DNA of 60,764 bases, filler included. It is 3 parts of 3 records of this genome, joined end to end, with 100 filler letters (N's around TTAATTAATTAA, not from the genome) between each part and the next. Parts side by side here need not be neighbours in the genome. Positions count along the whole stretch, not along the records: positions 28,248 to 50,019 come from SRR20825006_469; 2 more parts are not named here. The stretch is one strand, 5' to 3'. The first letter of the stretch is position 1. Every line of letters starts with the position of its first letter. Made by a program: the position numbers and the translations under genes. Below the pieces are notes generated by a model. That model had not been told where the DNA came from. It worked only from the letters and a program-made list of their open reading frames with translations, and made no database searches. Positions 36,701-46,605 of the stretch are shown here, piece by piece.

Positions 36701-37318
36701 TTACTGGCTCGCCCAGAGAATACGGGCGAGCCAGGCAATCTCTGACGGTTTGAAACTGCGTACGGGATAGGCCGGGTTCAACGAGGCCAGTTCAACTATG
36801 CGCGTATTCTTGCGCGCCAGGACCTTGGCCATCACTTCGCCACCAACAGTTTTTGCCACCACCCGATCGCCCGGTTTCACCTCGGAACCCGGCGACACGA
36901 TAATCCGGTCCCCGGCCCGATAGGCCGGCTCCATGGAATCTCCGCTGATCTCCAATGCGTAAACCGACTCCGTTTCCAGCCCCGGAAACCGAACCTCCTC
37001 CCAGCCGCCGCCGACAGGAAAACCGGCATCATCGAAGAAGCCGTCCTGCCCAGCCTGCGCAAAGCCTATCAGGGGGGCAATCGCTCCGCGCCGACCATCG
37101 ACCAAGGCGGCAAAATCCTCAAACCGACTGCCAACAGATTCCAGGACGCGCGCAAGGCTTTCCGTGGACGGCCAGCGCGGACGTCCATCAGCCCCTTCCC
37201 GCTTGGAAGGATTGAAGGCCGTCGGATCCAGCCCGGCCCGGCGTGCCAGTCCAGACGGCGTCAGCCCATGATGCGCAGCAAGGGCATCAAGCCCCCGCCA
37301 GATATCTCGATGTTTCAT
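36701..37318 (-). CDS. HTH-S24 (LexA/CI-like) repressor, possibly RogA-like
   Basis: SGLARRAGLDPTAFN, WPSTES, AQAG cleavage site, GDSMEP serine, MAK lysine. Confidence 0.85.
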   Translation of the reverse strand: MKHRDIWRGLDALAAHHGLTPSGLARRAGLDPTAFNPSKREGADGRPRWPSTESLARVLESVGSRFEDFAALVDGRRGAIAPLIGFAQAGQDGFFDDAGFPVGGGWEEVRFPGLETESVYALEISGDSMEPAYRAGDRIIVSPGSEVKPGDRVVAKTVGGEVMAKVLARKNTRIVELASLNPAYPVRSFKPSEIAWLARILWASQ

Positions 37319-37319
37319 G

Positions 37320-37377
37320 GGATAATTTTCCCAAAGGTTGCACTCGCCGCTAAATAGGAATATTCACCTATTGTCAA
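37320..37377 (-). promoter_or_regulatory. Promoter with two GGAA-N4-TTCC-like operators
   Basis: Minus-strand TTGACA at 37377-37372; GGAT-AATT-TTCC (37320-37331) and GGAA-TATT-CACC (37357-37368). Confidence 0.55.
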
Positions 37378-37397
37378 GTGAGGGTGGGAAAACTGCA

Positions 37398-38126
37398 ATG
37401 AAACTGTTCATACATGGCGTTCCGGATACGCCGCATCTGTGGGAGCCACTGATTGCGGCGCTCGGTCTCGGCGCCGATGACTATCGCGCCCCCGCCCTAC
37501 CCGGCTTTGGCTGCCCGCGTCCGGACGGGTTCAGCGCAACCAAGGACGCCTACGCGAACTGGCTGGTCGAGCAGATGGAAGCGGCCGGTGGCAATGTCGA
37601 TATTGTCGGCCATGACTGGGGCGCACTGCTGACCCTGCGCGCCGTGTCCCTCAGGCCGGATCTTGTAAGCAGTTGGTGTGTCACCAATGCGGTGATCGAC
37701 CCCGACTATCGCGGCCACTCGCTGGCGAGGCGCTGGGCAACGCCTGTGCTGGGTGAGCTTGTCATGCTGGGCATGCGCAACAAGAAACGGCTCCTTCCTG
37801 CACTGGTTTCCGGCGGCATGCCGCGCAGCCTGGCCGAGCAGGAAGTTCCGCTCATCGACAAGACGATGCGGCAGAGCATTCTTCGCCTCTACCGGTCAGC
37901 GGCCGGCCTGCGCTTCTCGGATGAATGGGTGAAGGGTCTCGAAAATCTGCCGGAGCGCGGCCAGTTATTCTGGGGCGAGACGGACCCTTATGTCGACCTC
38001 TCTGTGGGCGAACGATTTTCCAAACGCTGGAACGTTCCGCTGCATGTCGAGCGCGGCGCCGGACATTGGGCCTGTGCGGAGCGGGCAACCGAGTTCGCTG
38101 CCCTGCTCCAATCACACTGGGCCTGA
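37398..38126 (+). CDS. Alpha/beta hydrolase (epoxide hydrolase-like)
   Basis: FIHGVP, PGFG, VGHDWG nucleophile elbow, AGHW. Confidence 0.88.
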   Translation: MKLFIHGVPDTPHLWEPLIAALGLGADDYRAPALPGFGCPRPDGFSATKDAYANWLVEQMEAAGGNVDIVGHDWGALLTLRAVSLRPDLVSSWCVTNAVIDPDYRGHSLARRWATPVLGELVMLGMRNKKRLLPALVSGGMPRSLAEQEVPLIDKTMRQSILRLYRSAAGLRFSDEWVKGLENLPERGQLFWGETDPYVDLSVGERFSKRWNVPLHVERGAGHWACAERATEFAALLQSHWA

Positions 38127-38129
38127 GTT

Positions 38130-40718
38130 TCAGGCAGCTTCCTTCTTCGGGCTGCCCAGTTCCTGTTTCACGCGCTCGGCCAGCTGGCGGACGGTGAACG
38201 GCTTCGGCAGGAACGAGACCGCGCGGTCGTCGTCCAGCTGTTTGGCAATGTCGCGCTCGGCATAGCCGGAGATGAAGATCACGCGGGCATGACCCAGCAG
38301 ATCCTTGGCTTCGCGGATCAACGTCGGACCATCTTTGCCCGGCATCACCACATCGGAAATGACAAGATCAAAACTTTCCGGATTGTCCTCGAGAATTTCC
38401 ATCGCTTCTTCGCCATCGCAGGCCTCTTCGACTTCATAGCCGCTCGACCGTAGCAAGGAGGCGGCAATGCCGCGCACGCCATCTTCGTCCTCGATCAACA
38501 GGATGCGACCGCGACCGGAAATATCCACCGGCTGGCTGGCAATTTTCTCGGCCTGCGCCATGTCCACCGGCTCAGGTATTTCCTCTGCCTTGAGCGCGGG
38601 AAGATAAATGTGGAACGTTGTGCCCTTGCCTACGCTGGAAGTGGTGCAGATATAGCCGCCCGACTGCTTGATGATGCCGTAGACCGTCGCAAGCCCGAGA
38701 CCTGTACCGACGCCAGCTTCCTTCGTCGTGAAGAAGGGCTGGAAGATCTTGTCCATGACGTCTTTCGGCATGCCGTGACCGCTATCTTCCACTTCGATCA
38801 GCATATAGTCGCCATCGCTCACAAAGGCGAAGCCCTTGTCCTGGGCTTCCTTGCCGGTGGCGCGCGCCGTGCGGATTGTCAGCTTGCCACCATTCTTGTG
38901 GCTGAGCATCGCGTCGCGCGCATTGGTGGCAAGGTTGAACAGTGCGTTCTCAAGCTGGTTTTTGTCGGCCTTGATGTAAGGCACATCGCGGCCATGCTTG
39001 ACGTCCAGCTCGATCCGCTCATCCAGCAACTGGCGCAGGAGGATCGAGAATTCAGACATGAAGTCCGTCACCGCAAACACTTCGCGCTTGAAGGTCTGCT
39101 GGCGCGCATAGGCGAGCAGCATCTTCACAAGGTCTTTCGCACGGATCGAGAATTCGTGGATCGATTTCAGATTGGAATAGGATGGATCTCCCAGAGGGTG
39201 GTGAACCATCAGCTGTTCATTGTTCAGGATGATGCCTTGCAGCACGTTGTTGAAATCATGCGCGACGCCGCCGGCCAGTTGTCCGATGGCCTGCATCTTC
39301 TCACCGTGCGCCAGACGCATTTCCAGCTGGCGCTGTTCGGTGATGTCCATGACATAGGCCACCGAGGGACGGCCTGCGCCGTCAAGCGCCACGAAGACGT
39401 TTACGTGCTTGGGCTCTTCTCCAACCAGTTTCAGGTTCACTGGCTTGTCGATGGCATCAATGAGCAGGCTCTTGAGTGCATCTTCGCCTTCTTCCGGGGC
39501 AAACAATTCAGAGAACTTGCCGCCCGGCGCGGCTTTGCCCTCGGTCAGGTCCATCAGCGAACGGTTGGCATCCATGATGATTGCGCTGTCTACGCTGCCG
39601 CCCTCGAGGCGCACCGCTCCAAAGGGCGCATCATCAAACATCGGATCACCATCCGGACGCGGTGGGCGTGACGCGGTCGAAATGCGGAAGCCTTCCTCGC
39701 CGGTGTTCATGACTTGCTGGCTAGCCAGAATGATCGTGCGTCCTGTCGCGTCCGCGCCCTTGCCCGACCAGGTCGTAATCGCCTGAACCGGGCGCTCAAC
39801 ACCGTCACGACCGCGCAGCTGGATGTCGACCCGGCCCGGCACGCCGGATTTGCGGTCGCGCGAGAGCATCTTCACGAACTCAGGGCGCATGATGTCGTCG
39901 ATACGAATATTCTTGGCCGTTTCCGGCAGACCCAGCATATCGCGCAGCCAGCCATTGGCATAAGTGATCGTGCCATCCGGGCGCGCAGCGAAGAAGCCCA
40001 TCGGCGCGTCTTCGACATAAAGCGATTTCAAGTCGGCCGCGCCGGTCGCTTCGCGCTCGCCGGCGATCGGACGAATACGCCAGAGCACTTTGTCACGCGG
40101 TAGCGGCGAAACAGTGATTTCGAACTGGGCGGGCACACGCTCCGGGCCGATCGTGATCGGCGGCAGGATTTCGCGGCGCGCATGACCGGCCTTCGCCCCC
40201 TTGGACAGGCGGTAAACCGGTGCGGCCAGACCTGGATTGGCACCGAACAGGCGATCCACGGTCACCGGAGCGCCTTCGGCTTGGGAGCCGATCAGCGCAA
40301 GGCTTGTCAGCTCGCGATAAGATGTATTGGCCGCAACAGGCGCCCCCCCCTGATCGGCAATCAGGACCGATTCATCCAGCGCCTCGATCCAGCCAAAGCG
40401 CGGCGTCGCCGCTTGAGCGGCGCGCGCAATCGAGCCGCGCTCCGGGAACAAGCCCAGCATCCGGCCAGCGCCGCGTACGCTCCACAGCAAGAATACCAGT
40501 CCACCAGAGGCCATCGCAATCAGCAGGATCGGGCCAGGCGCGCCCGAAGCATTTGGCCAGGCAAGCGCAACACTGGCCGCAGCAATCGAAACGAGCAGGC
40601 AGACCCAGAACGAAAGCTGCATGAAATCCACGCGTCCGCGCTCAGTCACTTCGCTTGTTTCAGCGGTGGTATCCTGATCGTCAGCGGGAGCGGCCTTCGC
40701 CTGCATTTGAAAATCCAT
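38130..40718 (-). CDS. cckA: Cell-cycle hybrid histidine kinase CckA
   Basis: Two TMs, PAS regions, KMQAIGQLAGGVAHDFNN, NARDAM, GTGLGLATVYGI, C-terminal receiver; start uncertain. Confidence 0.85.
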   Translation of the reverse strand: MDFQMQAKAAPADDQDTTAETSEVTERGRVDFMQLSFWVCLLVSIAAASVALAWPNASGAPGPILLIAMASGGLVFLLWSVRGAGRMLGLFPERGSIARAAQAATPRFGWIEALDESVLIADQGGAPVAANTSYRELTSLALIGSQAEGAPVTVDRLFGANPGLAAPVYRLSKGAKAGHARREILPPITIGPERVPAQFEITVSPLPRDKVLWRIRPIAGEREATGAADLKSLYVEDAPMGFFAARPDGTITYANGWLRDMLGLPETAKNIRIDDIMRPEFVKMLSRDRKSGVPGRVDIQLRGRDGVERPVQAITTWSGKGADATGRTIILASQQVMNTGEEGFRISTASRPPRPDGDPMFDDAPFGAVRLEGGSVDSAIIMDANRSLMDLTEGKAAPGGKFSELFAPEEGEDALKSLLIDAIDKPVNLKLVGEEPKHVNVFVALDGAGRPSVAYVMDITEQRQLEMRLAHGEKMQAIGQLAGGVAHDFNNVLQGIILNNEQLMVHHPLGDPSYSNLKSIHEFSIRAKDLVKMLLAYARQQTFKREVFAVTDFMSEFSILLRQLLDERIELDVKHGRDVPYIKADKNQLENALFNLATNARDAMLSHKNGGKLTIRTARATGKEAQDKGFAFVSDGDYMLIEVEDSGHGMPKDVMDKIFQPFFTTKEAGVGTGLGLATVYGIIKQSGGYICTTSSVGKGTTFHIYLPALKAEEIPEPVDMAQAEKIASQPVDISGRGRILLIEDEDGVRGIAASLLRSSGYEVEEACDGEEAMEILEDNPESFDLVISDVVMPGKDGPTLIREAKDLLGHARVIFISGYAERDIAKQLDDDRAVSFLPKPFTVRQLAERVKQELGSPKKEAA

Positions 40719-40915
40719 TGGTCGCTTTACACTCCTGTTGCCAGCCGCCAAGGTCAGGCCAGCACTCTACGCCTTTTCCGTTCGGCATCACTGCCGACTC
40801 AGTCATACGGAATCCTAGTGTACCAAATGTGGCACGACAAAGGTTAATGAAAGCGAAAAAGGCGTTAAGACAAACGTTGAAAATTACAGAAATCACAGTG
40901 GAATCGGAGCTTTTC

Positions 40916-42805
40916 ATGAGACGAACTTCAACAGCAATCGCAGCGCTCCTGCTGCTCGGCGCCTGCCAAAGCGCGGATGACACAACGCTGCCGCCTCCTG
41001 TCGCTGAAATGCCGCCTGCGCCAACCCAAGCCGACCGGAGCGAACTGGTCGCGGCCGAAAGCGCCCGGCTGAATGAATGGTTCGAGGACAAGTTCCAGGA
41101 AACTCTGGACCGCAACCCGATGTACCAGACCTATCTCGGCGTGAAGACCGACTACGACAAATGGAATGACGTTTCCGACGCCAAGGCTATCGAAGATATG
41201 GAAATCCAGCGCGCCAATATCGCTGAGATGAAAACACTCTTTGATTTTGACCTACTGAATGATCAGGCCAAACTGTCCTGGCGGCTCGCCGAATATGAGC
41301 TGGCCGAAGCAGAAGCCGGATTTCCGTATCGCCACTATGATTATGTTTTCGACCAGATGCGCGGCGTCCAGTCCGGCATTCCGGCCTTCTTAGTCAACCA
41401 GCATGGCGTGACCAGCCTGTCCGATGCGGAGGCCTATGTGGCCCGCCTCGAAGGCGTGGAAACTTACCTGGCGCAAAACATTGAAAATGCGGAATATTCC
41501 GCCAGCCTCGGTATCATGCCACCCGCCTTCGCTTACCCCTACGTACTGAACGATTCCAAGGGCGTAATCACCGGCTATCCCTTCACGACCGATGTGAGTG
41601 ATGGCAGCGAAGACAGCCCACTGATGAAGGATTTCCGCAGCAAGGTCTCCGGACTTGTTGAGGCCGGAACGATTGACGATGTTCAGGCGGCTGAGCTGCT
41701 CGCTGATGCCACCACCGCCCTCACATCAGCGGTCGGCCCGGCCTATGAAAACCTCATCGCGGCCATGACCGAGCAGGCCAAAAGCGCGACCACAGAGGAT
41801 GGCGCATGGAAGCTGCCCGAGGGCGACGCCTATTATGCGATGCGTCTGAAGCGGATGACGACGACCGACAAGAGCGCGGCAGAAGTCCACCAGCTCGGCC
41901 TCGACGAGGTGGCTCGCATCCATGAGGAAATGCGCGGGATCATGGCGAAGGTCGGATTCGAGGGCACGCTGAAGGAATTCTTCGAGTTCATGCGAACAGA
42001 TGAGCAATTCTATCTTCCCAACACTGAAGAAGGCCGCGAGGCCTATCTGGCCGAAGCTCGCGCCCAAATCGAGCTTATGAAGGTCGACCTGCCCAGCGTA
42101 TTCAACACATTCCCCAAGGCTGACATGATCGTCAAAGCGGTCGAACCATTCCGCGAGAAATCCGCCGGCAAGGCCTTCTATTCCCGCCCTGCCCCGGATG
42201 GCAGCCGGCCCGGCACTTACTATGCCAACCTCTATCGCATGCAGGATATGCCGACCTACCAGTTGCAGGCCCTCGCCTTCCATGAAGGCATTCCAGGCCA
42301 CCACATGCAGATCGCCATTGCGCAGGAGCTGGAAGGCATTCCGAGCTTCCGCAAGTATGGCGGCTATACTGCCTTCTCCGAAGGTTGGGGCCTCTATTCG
42401 GAATTCCTGCCAAAAGAGATGGGCTACTATTCCGACCCGTATGACGATTTCGGACGACTTGCGATGGAGATCTGGCGCGCAGCACGCCTGGTCGTCGATA
42501 CAGGCATCCATGACAAACAATGGACCCGCGAAGAGGCGATCCAGTATTTGCTTGACAATACGCCCAACCCGGAAGGTGACGCGAAGAAGGCCATTGAGCG
42601 CTACATCGTGATGCCGGGACAGGCAACGGCCTACAAAATCGGTATGCTCAAAATTCTCGAGTTGCGCGAACAAGCCAAGGGGGAACTTGGTGAGTCATTC
42701 GACATCGCCGAATTCCACGATGTTGTCCTGAAGGATGGCCCCGTGCCCCTGAGCATTCTGGAAGAGAATGTCATGGCTTGGGTCGCCGAGAAAAAGGAAG
42801 ACTGA
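40916..42805 (+). CDS. DUF885 family lipoprotein
   Basis: Lipobox LGAC, HEGIPGHH, EGWGLYSE, PGQATAYKIG. Confidence 0.9.
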   Translation: MRRTSTAIAALLLLGACQSADDTTLPPPVAEMPPAPTQADRSELVAAESARLNEWFEDKFQETLDRNPMYQTYLGVKTDYDKWNDVSDAKAIEDMEIQRANIAEMKTLFDFDLLNDQAKLSWRLAEYELAEAEAGFPYRHYDYVFDQMRGVQSGIPAFLVNQHGVTSLSDAEAYVARLEGVETYLAQNIENAEYSASLGIMPPAFAYPYVLNDSKGVITGYPFTTDVSDGSEDSPLMKDFRSKVSGLVEAGTIDDVQAAELLADATTALTSAVGPAYENLIAAMTEQAKSATTEDGAWKLPEGDAYYAMRLKRMTTTDKSAAEVHQLGLDEVARIHEEMRGIMAKVGFEGTLKEFFEFMRTDEQFYLPNTEEGREAYLAEARAQIELMKVDLPSVFNTFPKADMIVKAVEPFREKSAGKAFYSRPAPDGSRPGTYYANLYRMQDMPTYQLQALAFHEGIPGHHMQIAIAQELEGIPSFRKYGGYTAFSEGWGLYSEFLPKEMGYYSDPYDDFGRLAMEIWRAARLVVDTGIHDKQWTREEAIQYLLDNTPNPEGDAKKAIERYIVMPGQATAYKIGMLKILELREQAKGELGESFDIAEFHDVVLKDGPVPLSILEENVMAWVAEKKED

Positions 42806-42807
42806 TC

Positions 42808-43455
42808 ATGACTTCACGCAGCTTCGGTCCCGCCTGTTTCGCTTCTGTCGCACTGGCGGGGCTGGCTGCGTGTACATCTGTGCTGGCGCCGGTGCTCAAA
42901 CCGAACGTCACCACGGACGTCGTGAAATTGGAGGGCGGCAACTGGCAGCTGGATCCGGCTCACGCCGCCCTCACCTTCAAGATCGATCATCTGGGCTACT
43001 CGACTTATATTGGTCGGTTCGAACGATTTGATGTTCAGCTGAGCGGCGCCGCTGACAATCCAGCCGATGCGAAGGTCGAAGGCAGGGTGGACATGAGTTC
43101 GCTCGACATCGCAAATGACGAGTTTGCCGAAACGCTTATGGGAGCAGACTGGTTCAACGCCGCCAACTTCCCCGAAGCCCGGTTCCAATCGACTCGCATC
43201 GTGATGACCAGCGAAACCACAGCGGACGTCGAAGGCATCCTGACCCTGCATGGAAAGAATGCCCCGGTCACTCTGGCCGTGACCTTCAATGGCGCGGGCT
43301 TCGACCGGCTACGCAACGCGCAAGTGGCCGGATTCTCGGCTACAACGGAGATCGACCGGACCGTTTTCGGCATCAGCCGGTTCAGCGGACTGATCACAGA
43401 TATGGTGCGCGTTGAAATCGAGGCGGAACTGTTAAAGACTCCCGGCGTAACTTGA
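42808..43455 (+). CDS. YceI family lipoprotein
   Basis: LAAC lipobox, LDPAH...F..DHLG, GRF, G.LTLHG. Confidence 0.88.
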   Translation: MTSRSFGPACFASVALAGLAACTSVLAPVLKPNVTTDVVKLEGGNWQLDPAHAALTFKIDHLGYSTYIGRFERFDVQLSGAADNPADAKVEGRVDMSSLDIANDEFAETLMGADWFNAANFPEARFQSTRIVMTSETTADVEGILTLHGKNAPVTLAVTFNGAGFDRLRNAQVAGFSATTEIDRTVFGISRFSGLITDMVRVEIEAELLKTPGVT

Positions 43456-43517
43456 TCTGACGGGTCTACCCTCCCTATCAGGGAACAGGATCAGAACTAA
43501 TATCAGGAGATTCGGGG

Positions 43518-44501
43518 ATGCTGGGTGAAATGTTGGCGGAGGTCTTCTCCGTATCGGGCCTGTTTACGTTATTCATGCTATTGTTGCTTCAGGCCGTGCT
43601 CGGCTTCGACAATTTGCTCTACATTTCCATCGAATCAAAACGGGTTGGCGAAGCAAAAGCGCCGATGGTGCGCCAATGGGGCATCGGCCTCGCAGTGCTG
43701 TTCCGGATCGTCCTGCTCTTCGTCATCGTCGCGCTGTTCGATGCTCTGGCCGAGCCTTTGTTCGGCTTCCATCTATCAGGAATAATCGAGGGAGAGTTCA
43801 CCTTCCAGAGCATGATCACCTTCGTCGGTGGGGCCTTCATCATCTACACGGCGATCAAGGAAATCTCCCACATGTTGACGGTGGAGCACATCGAACACAG
43901 CGAGGGCGGCAAGTCGAAATCTGTGTTGCAGGCAATTGGCCTTATCGTGGCAATGAACCTCGTCTTCTCGTTCGACTCCATCCTGTCGGCCATGGCCATC
44001 GCGAATGAGGAAATCGCGCGCATCGTGAATTCCGCTGGTGAAACGATTGGCACGTTCAAGGGCACGGTAACCGATTGTAAGGAAGCCCTGATCGCTCAGC
44101 CAATAGCAGATGCGGTCGCATGCCGGCCGGGCAAGGACTACCAGGTCTGGTTGATGGCAATTGCGATCATCACGTCAGGCATCGTCATGGCGTTGATGGC
44201 AAACGCGGTGGCGGACTTCCTGAAGAAAAACCGGATGTATGAGGTCATGGGCCTGTTCATCCTGTTTCTCGTCGGCGTTCTTCTGGTCACCGAGGGCGCA
44301 CATCTCGCCCACTTGAAACTGTTCGACTACACGATCGAAGCCATGTCGAAGTCTTCCTTCTACCTCGTCATCTTCGTACTGGTGGTCACTGACATCATCT
44401 CAGTACGCTACCAGCGCCGCCTCTGGGCGCAGCGCGAGGCTGAAATTCTGGGTGGAGGCACAGAAGAAGCGTCGAAAGCGGGCGCTGAAGCCAATATGTA
44501 G
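43518..44501 (+). CDS. TerC family membrane protein
   Basis: VLGFDNLLYI, NLVFSFDSILSA. Confidence 0.85.
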   Translation: MLGEMLAEVFSVSGLFTLFMLLLLQAVLGFDNLLYISIESKRVGEAKAPMVRQWGIGLAVLFRIVLLFVIVALFDALAEPLFGFHLSGIIEGEFTFQSMITFVGGAFIIYTAIKEISHMLTVEHIEHSEGGKSKSVLQAIGLIVAMNLVFSFDSILSAMAIANEEIARIVNSAGETIGTFKGTVTDCKEALIAQPIADAVACRPGKDYQVWLMAIAIITSGIVMALMANAVADFLKKNRMYEVMGLFILFLVGVLLVTEGAHLAHLKLFDYTIEAMSKSSFYLVIFVLVVTDIISVRYQRRLWAQREAEILGGGTEEASKAGAEANM

Positions 44502-44522
44502 GAATTTTCGGGCAGCCCCTGC

Positions 44523-45686
44523 CTAGCGCAGAAGGGCTGTCCGCCGATTAATGCGCACCGCCATCCGATTGCCCTTCCGGCCAATCTCGCCTTCGGCAAC
44601 AACAGCGCCATCGCGGCCACCGGTCAGCAGTTCAACGGGCTGATCGGCTGGCAGGCCCAGCAGCAGGGTTGAACCCGGCTTGAGATTGGCGAGGCGTGAC
44701 ATGGGTACGCTGAGGGTTGCCACGCGAGCGGTCAGCACAGCCGTCATCGCCCCTGCCCCAACAACCGGAGCGACCTCGCGGGAGATGCGCTGTTGCGAGC
44801 GCGTCGTCGGCACATCGCTGGACAGGTCAAACAGGTCATCCTCAGCCAGGATCAGGCGCGCCGGCATCTTGATGTCATCGACGCGCACATCGAGATCGAG
44901 AATGGATGTCATGCCCGGTCCGGCAAGGGCGCAGGCGAACTCCGTATCAGTTTCGATGCGAGAGAATTTCAGTGAGGATGCCAGCGCCGCTCCCAGGGGG
45001 CGTACCAGGCCTTCGAGGAGCGCAGCATCCATCGGCGTCAGGGCGCGATGATGCCCCTGTGTCGGCTTTCCGCCACAGGCAGTCTCAATGAGTGCATTTG
45101 CGAGCGACGCGCTGATCACCAGCATCGCCGCAATTTCACCACCGGGCGCAGAATAGCAGGCAATGGCAGAGCCACGACCAGAGCATTCTGTTGCCAGTCC
45201 CTGGTCAAAACTGCCACGCGCGCTGGCGCGGGCAAGCGCCGCCGCCTTCAGACCGCAGCCATCTCTCAGCGCCAAAGTCAGCCGGGACGCGATACGGCGC
45301 GCATCCTCTGTAATTTCGGTCGGTTCAGCCGGCGCCAGCTTGAGCAAATTCGGAACATCAACGTCCGTAACTTTGACAGGCTCGGGTTCCGGTTCTGGCA
45401 TGTCGTCCAGATTGGGACGCAACAATGCCTCGATCTCGGCGGCGCTCAGCACGCCGCGAGATGTCGGGATTGGACGATCCGGTGTGATTGGCTCGAACGT
45501 CGTCGGCATGTCGAGCATGATGTCGGCTTCCCGTCTGGGAGACATGTCCCAGCCGTCATCGGCAGCAAGAGGCAGATCATTGGTCATGGTTCGGTGAGCC
45601 GACTTCCGTGTTCCAGTCTGTTTTGCGTCAGATACGGTTAACGACTGGTTAGGAATTTCCGCTTTGGTGCGGTCATTGTCAGCCAT
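44523..45686 (-). CDS. FliM-like flagellar switch protein (SpoA C-terminal domain)
   Basis: GVLSAAEIEALL (FliM CheY-binding-like), L..LKPG and GEIGRKGNRMAVRI. Confidence 0.7.
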   Translation of the reverse strand: MADNDRTKAEIPNQSLTVSDAKQTGTRKSAHRTMTNDLPLAADDGWDMSPRREADIMLDMPTTFEPITPDRPIPTSRGVLSAAEIEALLRPNLDDMPEPEPEPVKVTDVDVPNLLKLAPAEPTEITEDARRIASRLTLALRDGCGLKAAALARASARGSFDQGLATECSGRGSAIACYSAPGGEIAAMLVISASLANALIETACGGKPTQGHHRALTPMDAALLEGLVRPLGAALASSLKFSRIETDTEFACALAGPGMTSILDLDVRVDDIKMPARLILAEDDLFDLSSDVPTTRSQQRISREVAPVVGAGAMTAVLTARVATLSVPMSRLANLKPGSTLLLGLPADQPVELLTGGRDGAVVAEGEIGRKGNRMAVRINRRTALLR

Positions 45687-45865
45687 GATTCCACTCGAAA
45701 CTCCGCCAGTGTTAATGCAGGTCCGCTTCGCGTTAAATATCACATGCCGTCGTTAAGGCCTTGATTACCATGCTGTAAGACATCCTTTGGACCTTAATGC
45801 CATTATGTCCTCAACGCATGAGGCTCCAAGCATAACCGCCGAAGCGTTGGGTTGATGGGCAAATG

Positions 45866-45905
45866 AAAACGGCGGTGATCCGATCAGGATCACCGCCGCT
45901 TTTTT
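45866..45905. terminator. Bidirectional intrinsic terminator downstream of dksA
   Basis: CGGCGGTGATCC / GGATCACCGCCG stem flanked by AAAA and TTTTTT. Confidence 0.85.
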
Positions 45906-45928
45906 ATTCGGAAATGGTTTGCGCAGGC

Positions 45929-46345
45929 TCAGTCGTCGCGCAGCGTGCGTTCCTTGCGCTCGTGGCGCTCCTGCGCTTCGAGGCTGAGCGTTGCTGTCGG
46001 ACGCGCTTCCAGACGGCGCAGGCCAATTGGCTCGCCGGTCACTTCGCAATATCCGTAGGAACCGTCATCAATGCGGCGCAGCGCGGAATCGATCTTGGAG
46101 ATCAGTTTGCGCTGACGGTCACGGGTGCGCAGCTCAAGAGCCTTGTCGCTCTCTGCTGAAGCGCGATCGACAATATCCGGCAACGAACCTGACTCATCCT
46201 GCAAATTATTGATCGTCTGCTTCGCACCGTCGAGGATATCGGCTTTCCAGTTCTCCAGAAGCCGCCGGAAGAAGGCGAGCTGACGCTCGTTCATGAACTC
46301 CTCGTCATCCGAGGGGCGATAGTCGTCCGAAAGGTCAACACTCAT
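45929..46345 (-). CDS. dksA: RNA polymerase-binding protein DksA
   Basis: EEFMNERQL.FFR, PDIVDRAS.E, LELRTRDRQRKLI, YGYCEVTGEPI. Confidence 0.95.
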   Translation of the reverse strand: MSVDLSDDYRPSDDEEFMNERQLAFFRRLLENWKADILDGAKQTINNLQDESGSLPDIVDRASAESDKALELRTRDRQRKLISKIDSALRRIDDGSYGYCEVTGEPIGLRRLEARPTATLSLEAQERHERKERTLRDD

Positions 46346-46605
46346 CGCTTATCACCTTACTCTGTTTGGGGGCGGATATAGACCGCCTAGCGATTCTCTG
46401 CAATTCCTGATGCTGTGTAATTTTTGTCAATGTTTTCAGACAATTGAGGCGAAATCATGTAATCTTCATGAGTTTGTCCCTGATCCTCGGCACCTGAAAC
46501 CGACTATTCCCGTGCAATTTACAGGCCGGGACTTGATCTTTCTGACGACGACGCGCTCTATAAACGCCTGTCTAAAACACAACTGATGCACTGGTTTCAG
46601 CGTAG

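Noticed and set aside
36701-37318. S24 repressor as evidence of a prophage
   Set aside because: No phage structural, integrase or replication genes are nearby
45929-46345. DksA with only one cysteine (no zinc finger)
   Set aside because: Zinc-free DksA is known in Alphaproteobacteria
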